Shown in pieces: positions 38,885 through 51,318 of a stretch of 64,000 nt of DNA (the first letter of the stretch is position 1; every line of letters begins with the position of its first letter). This DNA is from Eledone cirrhosa (taxonomy: Eukaryota). The translations under genes and the position numbers were made by a program. The stretch lies in NCBI GenBank assembly GCA_964016885.1, contig OZ024741.1:347510001-347574000 (forward strand), read 5' to 3'. The notes beneath the pieces were generated by a model, which worked only from the letters and a program-made list of their open reading frames with translations, was not told where the DNA came from and did not search any database.

Positions 38885-38944
<60 letters not shown>

Positions 38945-38951
<7 letters not shown>

Positions 38952-39565
38952 TATATACACATATGCATACAGGTACACATACATATATGCACGCATCAGT
39001 TTAGCCGACGTTTATTATAACGCCTGCTTTGTTCGTTTGTTTGTCAACAAATCGAACAGCCTGAATTTATGCCATACGGTGTTAAGGCAACCACGTCACC
39101 TTTTTGTTCAACACTGACACAGGAACGATGTACTAGTTTCAAGCTTGTTAGCTATCATCAGCACCGTTTACCCATCTGCCAGATAGTTGAACGTTCGAAA
39201 GTATATACTTTACTTATGAAAATTAACAGCTGAGCAGCCTAATTTGCATATTGAGTGAGTTAAATCGGTCTGGCATACCGAAAACGATAAGTTGAAAAAA
39301 ATGAAAACGAAATTTCACTTTCGAACGTTCAACTATCTGGCAGATGGGTAAACGGTGCTGATGATAGCTAACAAGCTTGAAACTAGTACATCGTTCCTGT
39401 GTCAGTGTTGAACAAAAAGGTGACGTGGTTGCCTTGACACCGTATGGCATAAATTCAGGCTGTTCGATTTGTTGACAAACAAACGAACAAAGCAGGCGTT
39501 ATAATAAACGTCGGCTAAACTGATGCGTGCATATATGTATGTGTACCTGTATGCATATGTGTATA

Positions 39566-39625
<60 letters not shown>

Positions 39626-39680
39626 TGATACTGTACGTCTGTATACATATATGTATGTACGTATACATACATACTTACAT
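38945..39680. repeat. Older fold-back: inner arms ~38945-39202 / 39317-39575, 114-bp spacer, (TA)n, outer right arm 39621-39680
   Basis: ~258-bp arms are reverse complements with one difference seen (gttaagg vs ccttgac). Confidence 0.9.
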
Positions 39681-40024
39681 TTAAGTAAGTGCCATACTAA
39701 GAGTGAGAAATGAAATTTCGTTTTCATTTTTTTCAACTTATATATATATGCATACATATATATATATATAAATACATCAATATCTCTCTCAATATCTCCC
39801 CACACGTACACAATTAAGTGCTGAATGTATAAATATGTTAATTAATATTAAGTATCGTGAGTACAAAAAATTCTTTCAAAATACGCTTTCTAATGATATA
39901 AACATCTAAATTCCTGTCATAATTTATTTGGTTTCTCCGATAAGACGAAGAAACTGAAAAAGTTCGATGGTGATAGATATAATCTACTAATCCTGAAAGT
40001 AGAAGCATAGAATAATATAAATAA

Positions 40025-40213
40025 TGCTTTCTGATATAGGCACAAGGCCAGCAATTTTTGGGGAAGGGAAAGTTCAATAAATTGATCCCAGTGCGTGACT
40101 TGTATTTTATTTTAACGACCTCGTAAGGAGGAAAGGCAAAGTTAACAAGGGCCGTAACTGTATGCTGCAAAGGATAGCGTCCGACCAGCTACCGATACTA
40201 CCTTTCCACCGCC
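40025..40213 (-). mobile_element. tRNA-SINE family 1, diverged/deleted copy
   Basis: ggcacaaggccagcaa 3' end (rc), gaaaggcaaagtt, ctaccgatact head (rc). Confidence 0.7.
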
Positions 40214-41587
40214 CTGTACAATAAGATAAATAATGAAACTGACGCTAACATTATACATTTTTAAATGTATATAATGGTGAAGGCCTAGTCAAATTTGAAA
40301 TCTTCAAGACTCCAACAGTTCTATATGTTTAACTTCACAAACAACCGAAGCTGTAGATTACTAAGCACTCCCCCAGAACAGAGATAGGAAGAAGCAGTAA
40401 AACATTAAGAATTGTAAATATAATCATTAGGACAAAATACTAACATTTTGCTACGAATTAATACCACCAATCCATGTCATATCCTTTTTAAGAGGCATTC
40501 AAATGATGAATCTGACTAGTTTCATCCATTCTGAACACCAGGTTCTTTAAACCCTGTTGTCTGAGCCAAAATTAGTTAGCGTCTTTGACTACTTTCGGGG
40601 GTTTATTACGATTAATTGACATTCGGTACGTCCTCAAAACAGTTTTTCAAACACGTGTCGGAAAAAAACCCCTGAAAAAGAGGATCCATTTGATGTCGAT
40701 AGGTATATATGACTGCGCTGAAAATAATTGTAGAACCTAAAGTATTTATGCAGTTTTTAAAATGAGTGCGCAAACGTTTCCCCACTTAGCACACAAGTTG
40801 TAAGATATTCAGCAGTCAATGCATGAAAATGAATTATCCAGGTGGTCATTTAATAAAGTCAATGTTTATAGGAAGACCAAGGTCTACATAACCAAAGCTA
40901 ATCCATAGACAGGAAAATGAACCAATTCACTTTTCTATAGGCTTATAACATAATCAGAATTTACATTTGAGAATACAAGTAATAAGAACCCCCCCCACCC
41001 CCCACACACACACACACACAAACATACATGGTCGGCTTCACCGGTTTGATTTATTGTGAGCGTTGAACCCGTGACTAAACCACAATTGTCCATGTTTATA
41101 TAATATTAATTATACCTAAACGAAGAATGCTGTAATTTCAAAGAATAACTTAAACATAATATAATATGCGCTCTTCCTGGAACACTAACACCGAAATGTA
41201 CAGCACGCACAGCAAAACCCATCAAATCCAAGTCATTAAAACTTTACGATGTCACAAGCCCTAACCTTTTCCCATTTCCCAACATATTAGTCATCCATGC
41301 ATACACACCTAAACTAGGACGAGTTTAACAAATATGAAGATTATTTCACTGAGCAGAGACATACCATTATTATGTTCTCATGTTAGATTCCTCATTCTAT
41401 TTTTTTTTCTCCAAACTTAGTTGTACTCAATATAAGTCTTACTTCTACTTTGTATACAAATAATTATAATTCTATAAGGTAAGAAGATTGACTTTCATAT
41501 AAATATCCAATTCTATTTTATGCAGATAAATACCGTGATGCCCGAAAGTTTCAGTCTATACGTGACTGTGACTACTGATATATATTC

Positions 41588-41710
41588 ATAATTGTTTCTA
41601 CTTCTGGCACAAGGCCAGCAAATACCCAGTGTATTACTGGTACTTTATTTTATCGACCCCATAAGGATGAAAGGCAAAGTTAACTTCGGCGGGATTTGAA
41701 CTCAGAATGG
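41588..41710 (-). mobile_element. tRNA-SINE family 1 copy (5' truncated)
   Basis: Conserved body and B box (rc). Confidence 0.85.
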
Positions 41711-41994
41711 CAAGATATATATTCATAATATATTGTTTACGTATGACTAGGTATAGAACACGCAAGATTTCAATATGAATCTATAAAAAGGGAACACATT
41801 TCCATAGCAGCCTTTCACGCTCAATATCATTATAGTGCTTTCATATTGTTTCCCATAATTCTCAAACTTCCCCCGAGAACTTTCCCAAACTCAACACCTG
41901 TTCAGTTGATTGTATGCATTTATGCAAGGTTTCTTGGATCATGATACCTTCGGTTTCAAATAATATATTGTTATATCCTAATTATAAATCATGA

Positions 41995-42046
<52 letters not shown>

Positions 42047-44042
42047 GGGGGGGGGGTGAATGTGTGTATGTGTGCGTACCGGTGTGTGTACATGCAAATA
42101 TCCTAATAAAAAAAAGAACTATACAATAAGATAACTGTACATGCTCAAACATTCCAGATAACGATTTCCAATTTAGGGACCTGTATATATATATATATAA
42201 CTTTGAATAACTTTGAAATGTTTTGGCCAGTATTAGCCCAGGCCAGGTCTAACTTAATAGCACCACCTGGTTATATTCTTTATGTATCATAGTATAGTAT
42301 TTCATTCCGATTCCTAATTCAATAATTGTATATTTTAGAAATAGTTTCGCTATGATTGTTCCTTGATAACTGCATAGAAATATTAGATATAACAAAAACA
42401 TTTCAGTCATTTTTATTCATATTAATATATCATTTATGATTCCCAATTTGTTCTTTTATTTTGCATTTACTTATATTTTTTATGTGTGTGGCTTGCATCG
42501 AATTCAATCATTTTTACCCGCTGATTGAGATACACACACACACACACACCCACACACATATATATATAAACACATATATATACACACATATATATATATA
42601 TATACACACACACATATTTATATATATATATATACAAGTATATATATATACATATATATGTATATATATATAGAGAGAGAGATAGAGAGAGAAAGATTAT
42701 GCGTGAGTGTGTTGCTTTCTGTATTTGTGTTTGTCTGTATATATATATACAGTGGTTACTACTCTACATATTTTCCTCTCCCTGCAATCCCTTTATCGTT
42801 TCCTATCACGAAAATATCTGAAAATAAGCCTCACCAGAATTGTATATATTTTATTTCCGTTTTTTTTATTTTATTTTATTAATCATGCCATTCTTTAATA
42901 TATGGTATGTTTATATCTCATACTTTATTGTTTAATGCTGCAATTTGTTTTGAGATCCCATATATTTTTACTGAAATTTATTTCTGATTTTGTATTTTTT
43001 CTCTCCATATTCTTGCTTATTAATAGATGGAATATAATGCTTTTAGTGTTTGCGTATGCGTATATCCTGCATACAAATGCCTGCTGCAGTTTTCTTTGGC
43101 GGGTTATACAGTTCGGAATATATGCTACATCAGTATTGTCTTTTTGATATTGTTTTTATTTTGGTTCTTCATTTACGCTAGTGTGACGTCTATTCAATGT
43201 GTTGTATATGTACAACTTTGAGTGTTATTCTGTATGAATATGACTGGATTTCACCATTACAAACGTCGTGGAAGAAATCTAGGGATATGAGGAATAGAAA
43301 TTATGAGATGCTTTCACATAGAATTTAAACATCCTTATTGATACAATTTTTCCGTGGAACATCTACATTTGTGCCGGTGAATAAACATGTCATACCTGTT
43401 AATATCTCGGTGGCCCTCTGATATTCACAGTAATAGGCTTCAGTTTGCCAATAAACAGAACAGCACACAGGGGTATATATATATATATATATTTGGTAAA
43501 GTATGTATTAGTTAATCACAGAGACTATTGTATGCAGGATAGAGCAAACAACGAAGTATACATGTAGATCAACAGTATAATTACAATAGGTTTAAGGCAC
43601 CTGATTAGAATTTACTGCATTTATTCATAATTGCAGTTACATATATTTCGATGCTAGCTGTTATGTAAACGTTATGGACTCATCAGACAGATAAAAAACC
43701 TGAAATATCATGCAGAAGAAATTACTACTGTTGTTTCAATTCATTGACATATCCTGGGCTGGTACTTGGTGTCTGAAGCACAGGTAACGTATGCATTTAG
43801 GTATGTACTTATGAATTGATTGGTGTATGTATGTATGTATTCTTGAAAAGAGGAGAAAACGGACAAATGAACTAGATACATCTCACTGACAACCCCCCCC
43901 CCCCCCTCCACCACAATAATGTCTACACTCTCTCCCCACCACCACATTTACATTTACACAAGTATTTACCCTATCTAGACTGTCAATTGAGGTGTCTCCA
44001 GCAAGTCACTGACCTGTGGCCAAACTCTCTACTCTGTGTTGA

Positions 44043-44092
<50 letters not shown>

Positions 44093-44098
44093 ATGTAA

Positions 44099-44688
44099 TA
44101 CTCTGGTAATGTATCTTACATTGCCCATTGAGTGCATTGAGATACGACCGGTATTGGCATTGATAAATATGCTGGGTCCGTCAACCCTTATTATTATTAT
44201 CTCCCAGCTACCGGAATATTGAGAGTAAGTTAAACAATTTTTCACTTTTTACTGTGTTTTTGTTTTGATATGCACTCCTTTTCCTGCTATTAATTTTGTC
44301 TCTCACTCTTTTAAGTTGTGAATTGGACTGGTTAACTACGCACGTGGCTGACACATTTCAGCTCGCTACTATATTGTTATATAATGGACGATCGCATTTA
44401 AAGTCCGTTAAAGGTTCTTGGCACTACCATTGTTACCATCGCTTTCCTCTAGCCACGGGGCTTGGAGACATGAACCGAATGCTACCATTCTATTACACAT
44501 CGATGTAGACTGTTATTTCTAATAGTCATCTTTTCACCCTTATAGGCACCCGCTTTACGTGTGTTGTGTTGAAGCAAATAACTATGTGTATACTCTGGTA
44601 ATGTATCTTACATTGCCCATGGAGTGCGCTGAGATACAACCGGTACTGACATTGATAAATATGCTGGGTCCGTCAATCCTTATTATTA
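44099..44688 (+). repeat. Two ~100-bp direct copies (44099-44200, 44591-44688) of a (TTA)n-tailed retroposon 3' end
   Basis: tactctggtaatgtatcttacattgccc...gctgggtccgtcaa(c/t)ccttattatt present twice. Confidence 0.7.
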
Positions 44689-44962
44689 TATATGTATATA
44701 TGTATATATATATATCACTCAGTCAAAACGACCAAATTTCAACGCCAACATCTAAAACATCTACAACAACAACAACAACACCGGCACCAATGTCTACAGC
44801 AACAACAGCATCAGAATGAAATGAACATTTACAACAACTCCGCGGCATCAAATGATAAATAAACAAAACAAAACAACAACAACAACATCAACTGCCACCA
44901 CCATCCACCACCACCACCACCATCACCATTACCAGCGATCGAGCCTTAAGAAAACAACAACT

Positions 44963-45235
44963 ATAATAATTGTTTCTAATTTTGGCAGAAGGCCAGCAAT
45001 TACCAGTGCATTACTGGTACTTTATGTTATCGACCCCCGTAAGGATGAAAGGCAAAGTTAATCTCTGTAACAACTAAAATTATAATATTTTCTCTACTTT
45101 GGGCACGGGTCCAGCGATTGTCCCAGAGCATTACTGGTGCTCTGTTTTATCGACCCCGTGGGGATGAAAGGCAAGGTTGACCTCGGTGGGATTTGAGCTC
45201 GGAGCGTAGAGGGCCATAGCACAATGCTGTGAAGC
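44963..45235 (-). mobile_element. Two adjacent tRNA-SINE family 1 copies (44963-45060, 45085-45235)
   Basis: Both carry ttactggt.ct...tatcgacccc..gatgaaaggcaa body. Confidence 0.8.
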
Positions 45236-45498
45236 AATTATAATAATACTGAACAGTAACATGAACGGCTTCAATTATACGAACTCTTTCGAAAGTCAAC
45301 AGTTGACATAATCCTTTATCAGTAATGACGGTAATATATGTATATATATGTGTGTGGGTGTGTGTAAGTGAGTGGCGTGTGTGTGTTTGTTTTTATGCAT
45401 CAGTGTTGGTGTGTGCGTGTGTGAGTGAGTGTGTGTGAGGGTGGGGGGGGGGAGTTGTAGGCATCGGTGTCAATAAGTGAGTTTTTTTGTTTTTTTTC

Positions 45499-45760
45499 CA
45501 TGCGCGGGGACATAGAAATAATCGTGCTGGATACCCGATCGCGCAGTTAAACCACTGGGAGTGAAGGACCACTAGGACATGTCAGGGCATTCTTCTAGGA
45601 GAAGGCATCTCAAGAAACTGTTAACTCCGACATAAAACCTGCGGCTCAGTAGTTACCGATAATGTTGATCTCAGAGAGTGGGATTGGCTCAGTGCACAGG
45701 CTTTCTTCACTTTAAACATATTCTTCACGCACAGACATTGCACAATTGCATTAATTAATA
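45499..45760 (+). mobile_element. Dispersed repeat resembling an RTE-type 5' UTR module
   Basis: Homolog of 16516-16790 (inverted). Confidence 0.55.
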
Positions 45761-45859
45761 ATTATTAATAGTGCTCTTATTATTCTTTTTTTTTTATTGT
45801 TTATAGATATATATGTTTCTATGTCTTTTTTTCTTTTCTTATATAAATAATAAAAATCT

Positions 45860-45973
45860 TTACAAGCACAAAACCCACATCGTACCGTCCTGTATCGTCC
45901 TGTGCGCTCTGTAATGTTTTTCTTGATGTCAGACCTTGTGGTCAATAAATAAATCATTATTATTATTATTATT
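45860..45973 (+). mobile_element. Tx1-like extreme 3' fragment with (TTA)n tail
   Basis: gtaccgtcctgtat.gtcctgt...gaccttgtggtcaataaa..attattatt aligns with the copy 1 3' UTR 5682-5779. Confidence 0.7.
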
Positions 45974-46155
45974 GGTGGATTGGCAGTATCGGTAGAGGGC
46001 CGGACGCGCCATGCTTTCCAGTATAGTTACGTCCCTTTACGATCTGAGTTCAAATCCCGCCGAGGTTGATTTGCCTTTCATCCTTACGGGGTCGATAAAA
46101 TAAAGTACTAGTAATGCACTGGGTAATTGCTGCCCTTGTGCCTAAAGTAGAAACA

Positions 46156-46188
<33 letters not shown>
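45974..46188 (+). mobile_element. tRNA-SINE family 1, most complete copy, with (TTA)n tail
   Basis: A-box-like tggcagtatcggtagag, B box gagttcaaatccc, 3' cttgtgcctaaagtagaaacaattatt; TTA on both sides. Confidence 0.88.
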
Positions 46189-46709
46189 TTTCTTTGAGTC
46201 TCAGTCATTGATGTTATTTAACTGGAAAGTTTGTTGAAATGAATATCAAGGAACTCATGCAGCCTTAGATATTCAGGACGTATCGGAGGGTTCTTGCTGT
46301 TCCCAGCAAGGATGCCTTTTGAAGTGTTCCAAAAAGCGGGATCAATTATTTTTAACCATCCTTGGAAATTCTTTGAGATAGTACCTAGTGCGCCTATGGC
46401 AATCGGGACCACTTTGACCTCATGGCAGTTCCAAATCCTTTTTACCTCCCACTTTAAGTCATGGTATCAGTTAATTTTCTCCCTCTCGTTCTCTGGCACT
46501 CTCGTGTCGAATGGGCACGCTACATCCACAATTAGGCACGATCTTTTCCCCTTGTCCAAAACCACCAGGTCAGGTCTATTGTGTTCCAGATTCGTGTCCG
46601 TCTGTATCCTAAAATCCCACAGCACCTTCACCTGATCATTTTCTATCACCGACTCTGGCTTATGCTCATACCACTTCTCCCACTTCTCAGAATGTGGTAA
46701 ATTGTTTAC

Positions 46710-46710
<1 letters not shown>
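46189..46710 (-). mobile_element. R4/Dong-like non-LTR retrotransposon 3' fragment (restriction-like endonuclease)
   Basis: KWYEHKPESVIEN..LWDFRIQTD..HNRPDLVVLDK..IVDVACPFD..EK..VVPIAIGALG; (TAA)n on both sides on its own strand. Confidence 0.85.
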
Positions 46711-46745
<35 letters not shown>

Positions 46746-46758
46746 ATTATTATTATTA

Positions 46759-47933
46759 TCTGCTGTAAACACCCGCTACGTGGAGGGCTGGGCATGCCGT
46801 GGCTAATGATGCGCAGTCTTGCGCTCAGAGTACAACATCTCAACATCTTCCTCGACGCTGATCAGGTGTGGTCTCCGTTTGCTAGACGCGTATTTCCCCA
46901 GCTCATCTCCTTGACGGAGCTGCAGTCATGGGTCAAGCGAAGACCGAGAGGGAGCGCTTCGAGCCTAGAATGTCTTCAGGCACTCACAGCCCTCGGCCAA
47001 TCGGGCAATGTGATCGGTGGAAACCTCACCTTGACGTTCTATAGCGGGTTAGTGGAGGGGAAGAGCGACGACGTACTTGGGGAAACTCTAGGCGTCGACG
47101 AAACTAAACTAGCCAATCTCTTTGAGTGAAATTTCGGGCCCGGGCCTATGGACAACTTCCAGAAGTCCCTGGCCTAGCATTGCTACCGAGGAGATTTGCG
47201 AGTTCCGGATAAACTCTACAGGAATGGAGGTGCCGTCAGCTGGGCCTGTCCGAGATGCGCGCAGGGCGACGAAACCATCCTGCACGTACTCGTCCAGTGT
47301 CCGAGCATTGCTGGCTTGTAGATTTATGTCGAACACCTGCGGTCGCGTGTAGAATCGATCCGACTATCAGCTGAGTCCATCGTTAGGATTGCCCCGCCCT
47401 CTTCCTTTAGCCGGGAAGGACAGGCAGTTTTTATCTGCCTGGCGGCCATGGCGAAAGAGATTGTATGGTGGACACGTCTAAAAGGGCTGAAGACGAGCAA
47501 TTACCTCTTCGGTGATGCCCTGATTAACTTTTTCCAATTTAATTTGAAACGGAAAATCAGGGTAGAGGGGGAGGTGCTCTCTTCCTAGCTTTTTGTTGAA
47601 AGATGGGTGAGCGAGGCAAGAATGGCCCGAGTGAGTGGACCTACTCTGTGTATATGCCTGTAAATTGAAGGTGGAAAACTGGGAGAGGACAATTACCCTG
47701 GCGGCCAGGGACACCGTGGCTTTTTTTAATGGGCTTTCACCACGATGGCCCTCGGAAGTTTCCCCCTATTGGGGAATTTTTCATTGTTCTATTATCATAT
47801 CCTCTATTTTTTTTCTTTTTTACACGCAGAAATGCCCATTTGTACCGTCCTGTATTGAACTGTAATGTCCTTAATGTATACTTTATGTAAACCCTTGTGT
47901 TTAATAAAGAAAGCAATATTATTATTATTATTA
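46759..47933 (+). mobile_element. 5'-truncated Tx1-like copy A (copy-1 subfamily) with (TTA)n tail
   Basis: Aligns with ~4611-5779; GMPWLMMR.., VWWTRLKGLKT. Confidence 0.9.
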
Positions 47934-49418
47934 ATGCCGTCCAACAGCGTCGTCGGGCGCTGGACGGACGGACCTGTTAAATTGCTAGGGGTTTGGTTCG
48001 TTCTGGACCTCCAGACGGACAGAAACTGGGACGAGGTAACGAGCAGGGTGGCTTCTCTCACCCAGAAATGGGCGGAGAGGAAGCTATCCCGGAAAGGACG
48101 ACGGAGGTGGCTAACGCGTACATCGCGTCCGTTATCTGCTACCGCCTGACCGTCGTACCTTATCCTAAGTCCCGCCTGACTACGCTGGAGCGTTTGCTCT
48201 TTCGCTTTTTGTGGAAGGGACGCGCTCCGATGGTCAGGCGGTCCATCTGTTCTCAACACCCGCTACGTGGAAGGCTGGGCATGCCGTGGCTGATGATGCG
48301 CAGACACACACTCAGGCTACGTCATCTCCACCTCTTCCTCGACGGTGATCAGGTGTGGTCGCCGTTTGCTAGACGCGTATTTCTCCAGCTCATCTCCTTG
48401 ACGGAGCTGCAGTCCTGGGTCAAGCGAAGACCGAGAGGGAGCGCTTCGAGCCTGGAATGTCTTCAGGCACTCACAGCCCTCGACCAATCGGGCAATGTGA
48501 TCGGTGGAAACCCCACCTTGACGTTCTATAGCGGGTTAGTGGAGGGGAAGAGCGACGACGTACTTGGGGAAACTCTAGGTGTCGACGAAAATAAACTAGC
48601 CAATCTCTTTGGAAGAACTTTCGGGCCGGGGCCTATGGACAACTTCCAGAAGTCTCTGGCCTAGCATTGCTACCGAGGAGATTTGCGAGTTCCGGATAAA
48701 CTCTACAGGAATGGAGGTGCCGTCAGCCGGGCGTGTCCGAGATGCGCGCAGGGTGACGAAATCGTCCTGCTCGTACTCGTCCAGTGTCCGAGCATTGCTG
48801 ACTTGTAGGTTTATGTCGAACACCTGCGGTGCGCGTCTAGAACGGATCCGACTATCAGCTGCGTCCATTGTGAGGATTGCCCCGCCCTCTTCCTTTAGCC
48901 GGGAAGGACAGGCAGTTTTTATCTGTCTGGCGGCCATGGTGAAAGAGATAGTATGGTGGACACGTCTGAAAGGGCTGAAGACGAGGACTTACCTCTTCGG
49001 TGATGCCCTGATTAACTTTTTCCAATTTAATTTGAAAAGTAAAATCAGGGTAGAGAGGGAGGTGCTCTCTTCCTAGCTTTTTGTTGAAAGATGGGTGAGC
49101 GAGGCAAGAATGGCCCGAGTGAGTGGACCTACTCTGAGTATATGCCTGTAAATTGAAGGTGGAAAACTGGGAGAGGACAATTACCCTGGCGGCCAGGGAC
49201 ACCGTGGCTTTTTTTAATGGGCTTTCACCACGATGGCCCTCGGAAGTCTCCCCCCTATTGGGGAATTTTTCATTGTTCTATTATCACATCCTCTATTTTT
49301 TTTCTTTTTTACACGCAGAAATGCCCATTTGTACCGTCCTGTATTGAACTGTAATGTCCTTAATGTTTACTTTATGTAAACCCTTGTGGTTAATAAAGAA
49401 AGCATTATTATTATTATT
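47934..49418 (+). mobile_element. 5'-truncated Tx1-like copy B (copy-1 subfamily) with (TTA)n tail
   Basis: Aligns with ~4299-5779; MPSNSVVGRWTDGPVKLLGVWF. Confidence 0.9.
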
Positions 49419-50169
49419 GGTGAGTGTGTATGCTCCAACTACGAATTCTGTCGATGAAGAAAAAGTATGTTTTTACCATGCCTTGAAAGGTGTATTAAAA
49501 AATATCCCTCAGGCAGACAAGGTCATCGAGCTTGGTGACTTTAATGCTAGCGTGGGCAGGGATTTTAACACATGGAATGTAATCGGAAGGTATGGGCTGG
49601 AAAGTGTAACAACATTGGTATGCTCCTGCTGCACATATGTGTGGAACTGGATATGTGTGTTTCCGACACTATGTTCCAGCAAAAGAACAAATTTAAGACC
49701 ACATGGATGTATCCTGCATCTAAAGAATGGCATCTTTTGGACTATGTCCTTGTCATGATGCGTGACAGACGGGATGTGAAGTGTGTTCGTGTTCTTCGTG
49801 GGGCTGAGTGCTGGAGTTGGCGAGATATATTCAAGAAGACAAACCTAAAGGGGTACAAGACATGTGTGTTCTCTTCTCTTCTTTATGCCTGCGTGACCTG
49901 GTTCACATATCGACACCACCTTAAGCAATTGGAGCGTTTCCATCAGATGTGTCTCAGACCAGGCTGCTGCTGGAGAAGCTACTCATCATGCCTGCCAAGT
50001 ATGTGGTAGAGAAAGTAAATCAGCAGGAGGGCTCCACCGGCATGCAAAAGTACATGAACTCCAACCACAGCCGGCTTCTGACATTGAATGTTTTGGTTGC
50101 CAAATCTGTGAAAGACATTTTATATAATTGGCTGGGCTAAAAGGCCACATTATATCGCATCACTGTTAA
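49419..50169 (+). mobile_element. RTE (BovB-like) LINE remnant with large internal deletion
   Basis: VSVYAPT..EEK..FY..LGDFNASVG..TTWMYPASKEWHLLDYVLV..ECW (APE) jumps to SSLLYACVTW..LERFHQMCLR and a terminal C2H2-like CQICERHF..GLKGH. Confidence 0.8.
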
Positions 50170-50275
50170 ATGTTATCGTGTGTCTGTGTGTGTGTGCCTG
50201 TGTGTGTGTGCGTATGTGTGTGTGTGTGTGTAGATGTGTGTATATGTATGTATATATGTATATATATATTCATGT

Positions 50276-50720
50276 CAGGTCACCAGCTGGTGCTACTGGT
50301 CACATGTATCCCAGTACAACCTCTCTCATGGTCGGGTCGTTGGCGACTAAACTGGCAACCCCACCAAGGTTTCTTGGTGAAGAGGGTGACTTTGGACATC
50401 CTGCAGGACTAAAAACAAAACCTGTCAAAGGGTAAAGGAGTTCTTAACAGTCAATGGCCATCCAAAATCACCGAGAGAGATGACCCCTTAGCCTTTGTTA
50501 AGGCAGAATTGTAGAAGGAAAAATCATATCTAACACCTGCAACCCTGATGGTATCCAATGATATTGACTTGTTCTTCTTTTTGGTAAATATCATCTTGGT
50601 TAAGAGAGTGGGACTGGCTTTGTGCAGTGCCTTTGCTCACTATAAAAGCTTCACGGCACAGGTATTGCTTTATAATCTGGAGATCTCTCTGCACTTGTCG
50701 TCACATGGTACCATGGGCCC
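50276..50720 (+). mobile_element. RTE-like 5' UTR remnant
   Basis: gtagaaggaaaa..acacctgc and agagagtgggactggc..gcctttgctcact motifs shared with 45499-45760 and 55360-55500. Confidence 0.5.
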
Positions 50721-50992
50721 AAAACTATGTGTCAATAATTGTCACAAATGTAGTGTTTGAACCAGATTTTTCAAGTCGCAGACTGGACTAAAAAGTCACA
50801 CTCGTTCAGCGCATCGGTAGAGGTTCTCCTACATGGATATAAAGTAGTGGCTGTACTCGAAAACGAGTTGGCAGCCACCATATATATATATATGTGTTAT
50901 TATTATTGTCGTTATTATTATTATCATTTTTTTTTGGTGCAATGGCCATACACGATAACGATGGGGCAGCCATCATGTATGTATGTATCGGG

Positions 50993-51190
50993 AGGTTGTT
51001 AGTTAGATTCCTGGACCGGGCGATGTGTTGTGACCCTCAGCAAGACACTTTATTTGGCGTTGTTCCAGTTTCTTCAGCCCTAGAAATGTGTCACAACGTG
51101 ACTGGTGCAAAGATCTATCGACCATTGCCTTTCCCTTGGATAACATCGGTGACGGGGAAAGGGGAGGCTGGAATACATGGGCGGCTGCTG
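50993..51190 (+). mobile_element. tRNA-SINE family 2 copy
   Basis: ggaccggg.gatgtgttgt...cagcaagacactttatt..ccagttt.ctcagc shared with 25734-25875. Confidence 0.7.
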
Positions 51191-51318
51191 GGAAACAACC
51201 TTTCTTTTTTTTTGGGGGGGGGGAGGTTCTAAGGCATCTATAATGTTATCGAAGGGGGTTTTCATCCTATATATAAATATACATATATAGAACTAGTAGC
51301 AACAGTTAGATCACTTTA

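Larger units (their letters stand above)
31054..38886. mobile_element. Penelope-like retroelement as a 7.8-kb head-to-head palindrome (family A)
   Basis: Arms 31054-34946 and 34956-38832 are reverse complements around a 9-nt spacer atacagtac; 54-nt unpaired tail 38833-38886; (TA)n on both flanks. Confidence 0.95.

Noticed and set aside
31054-38886. Dismissing the large palindrome outright as a read fold-back artefact
   Set aside because: Arms differ by substitutions and a 16-bp indel, flanks beyond the older fold-back are unique, the 54-nt tail is asymmetric, and a diverged miniature has the same ends; read-level confirmation is still needed.
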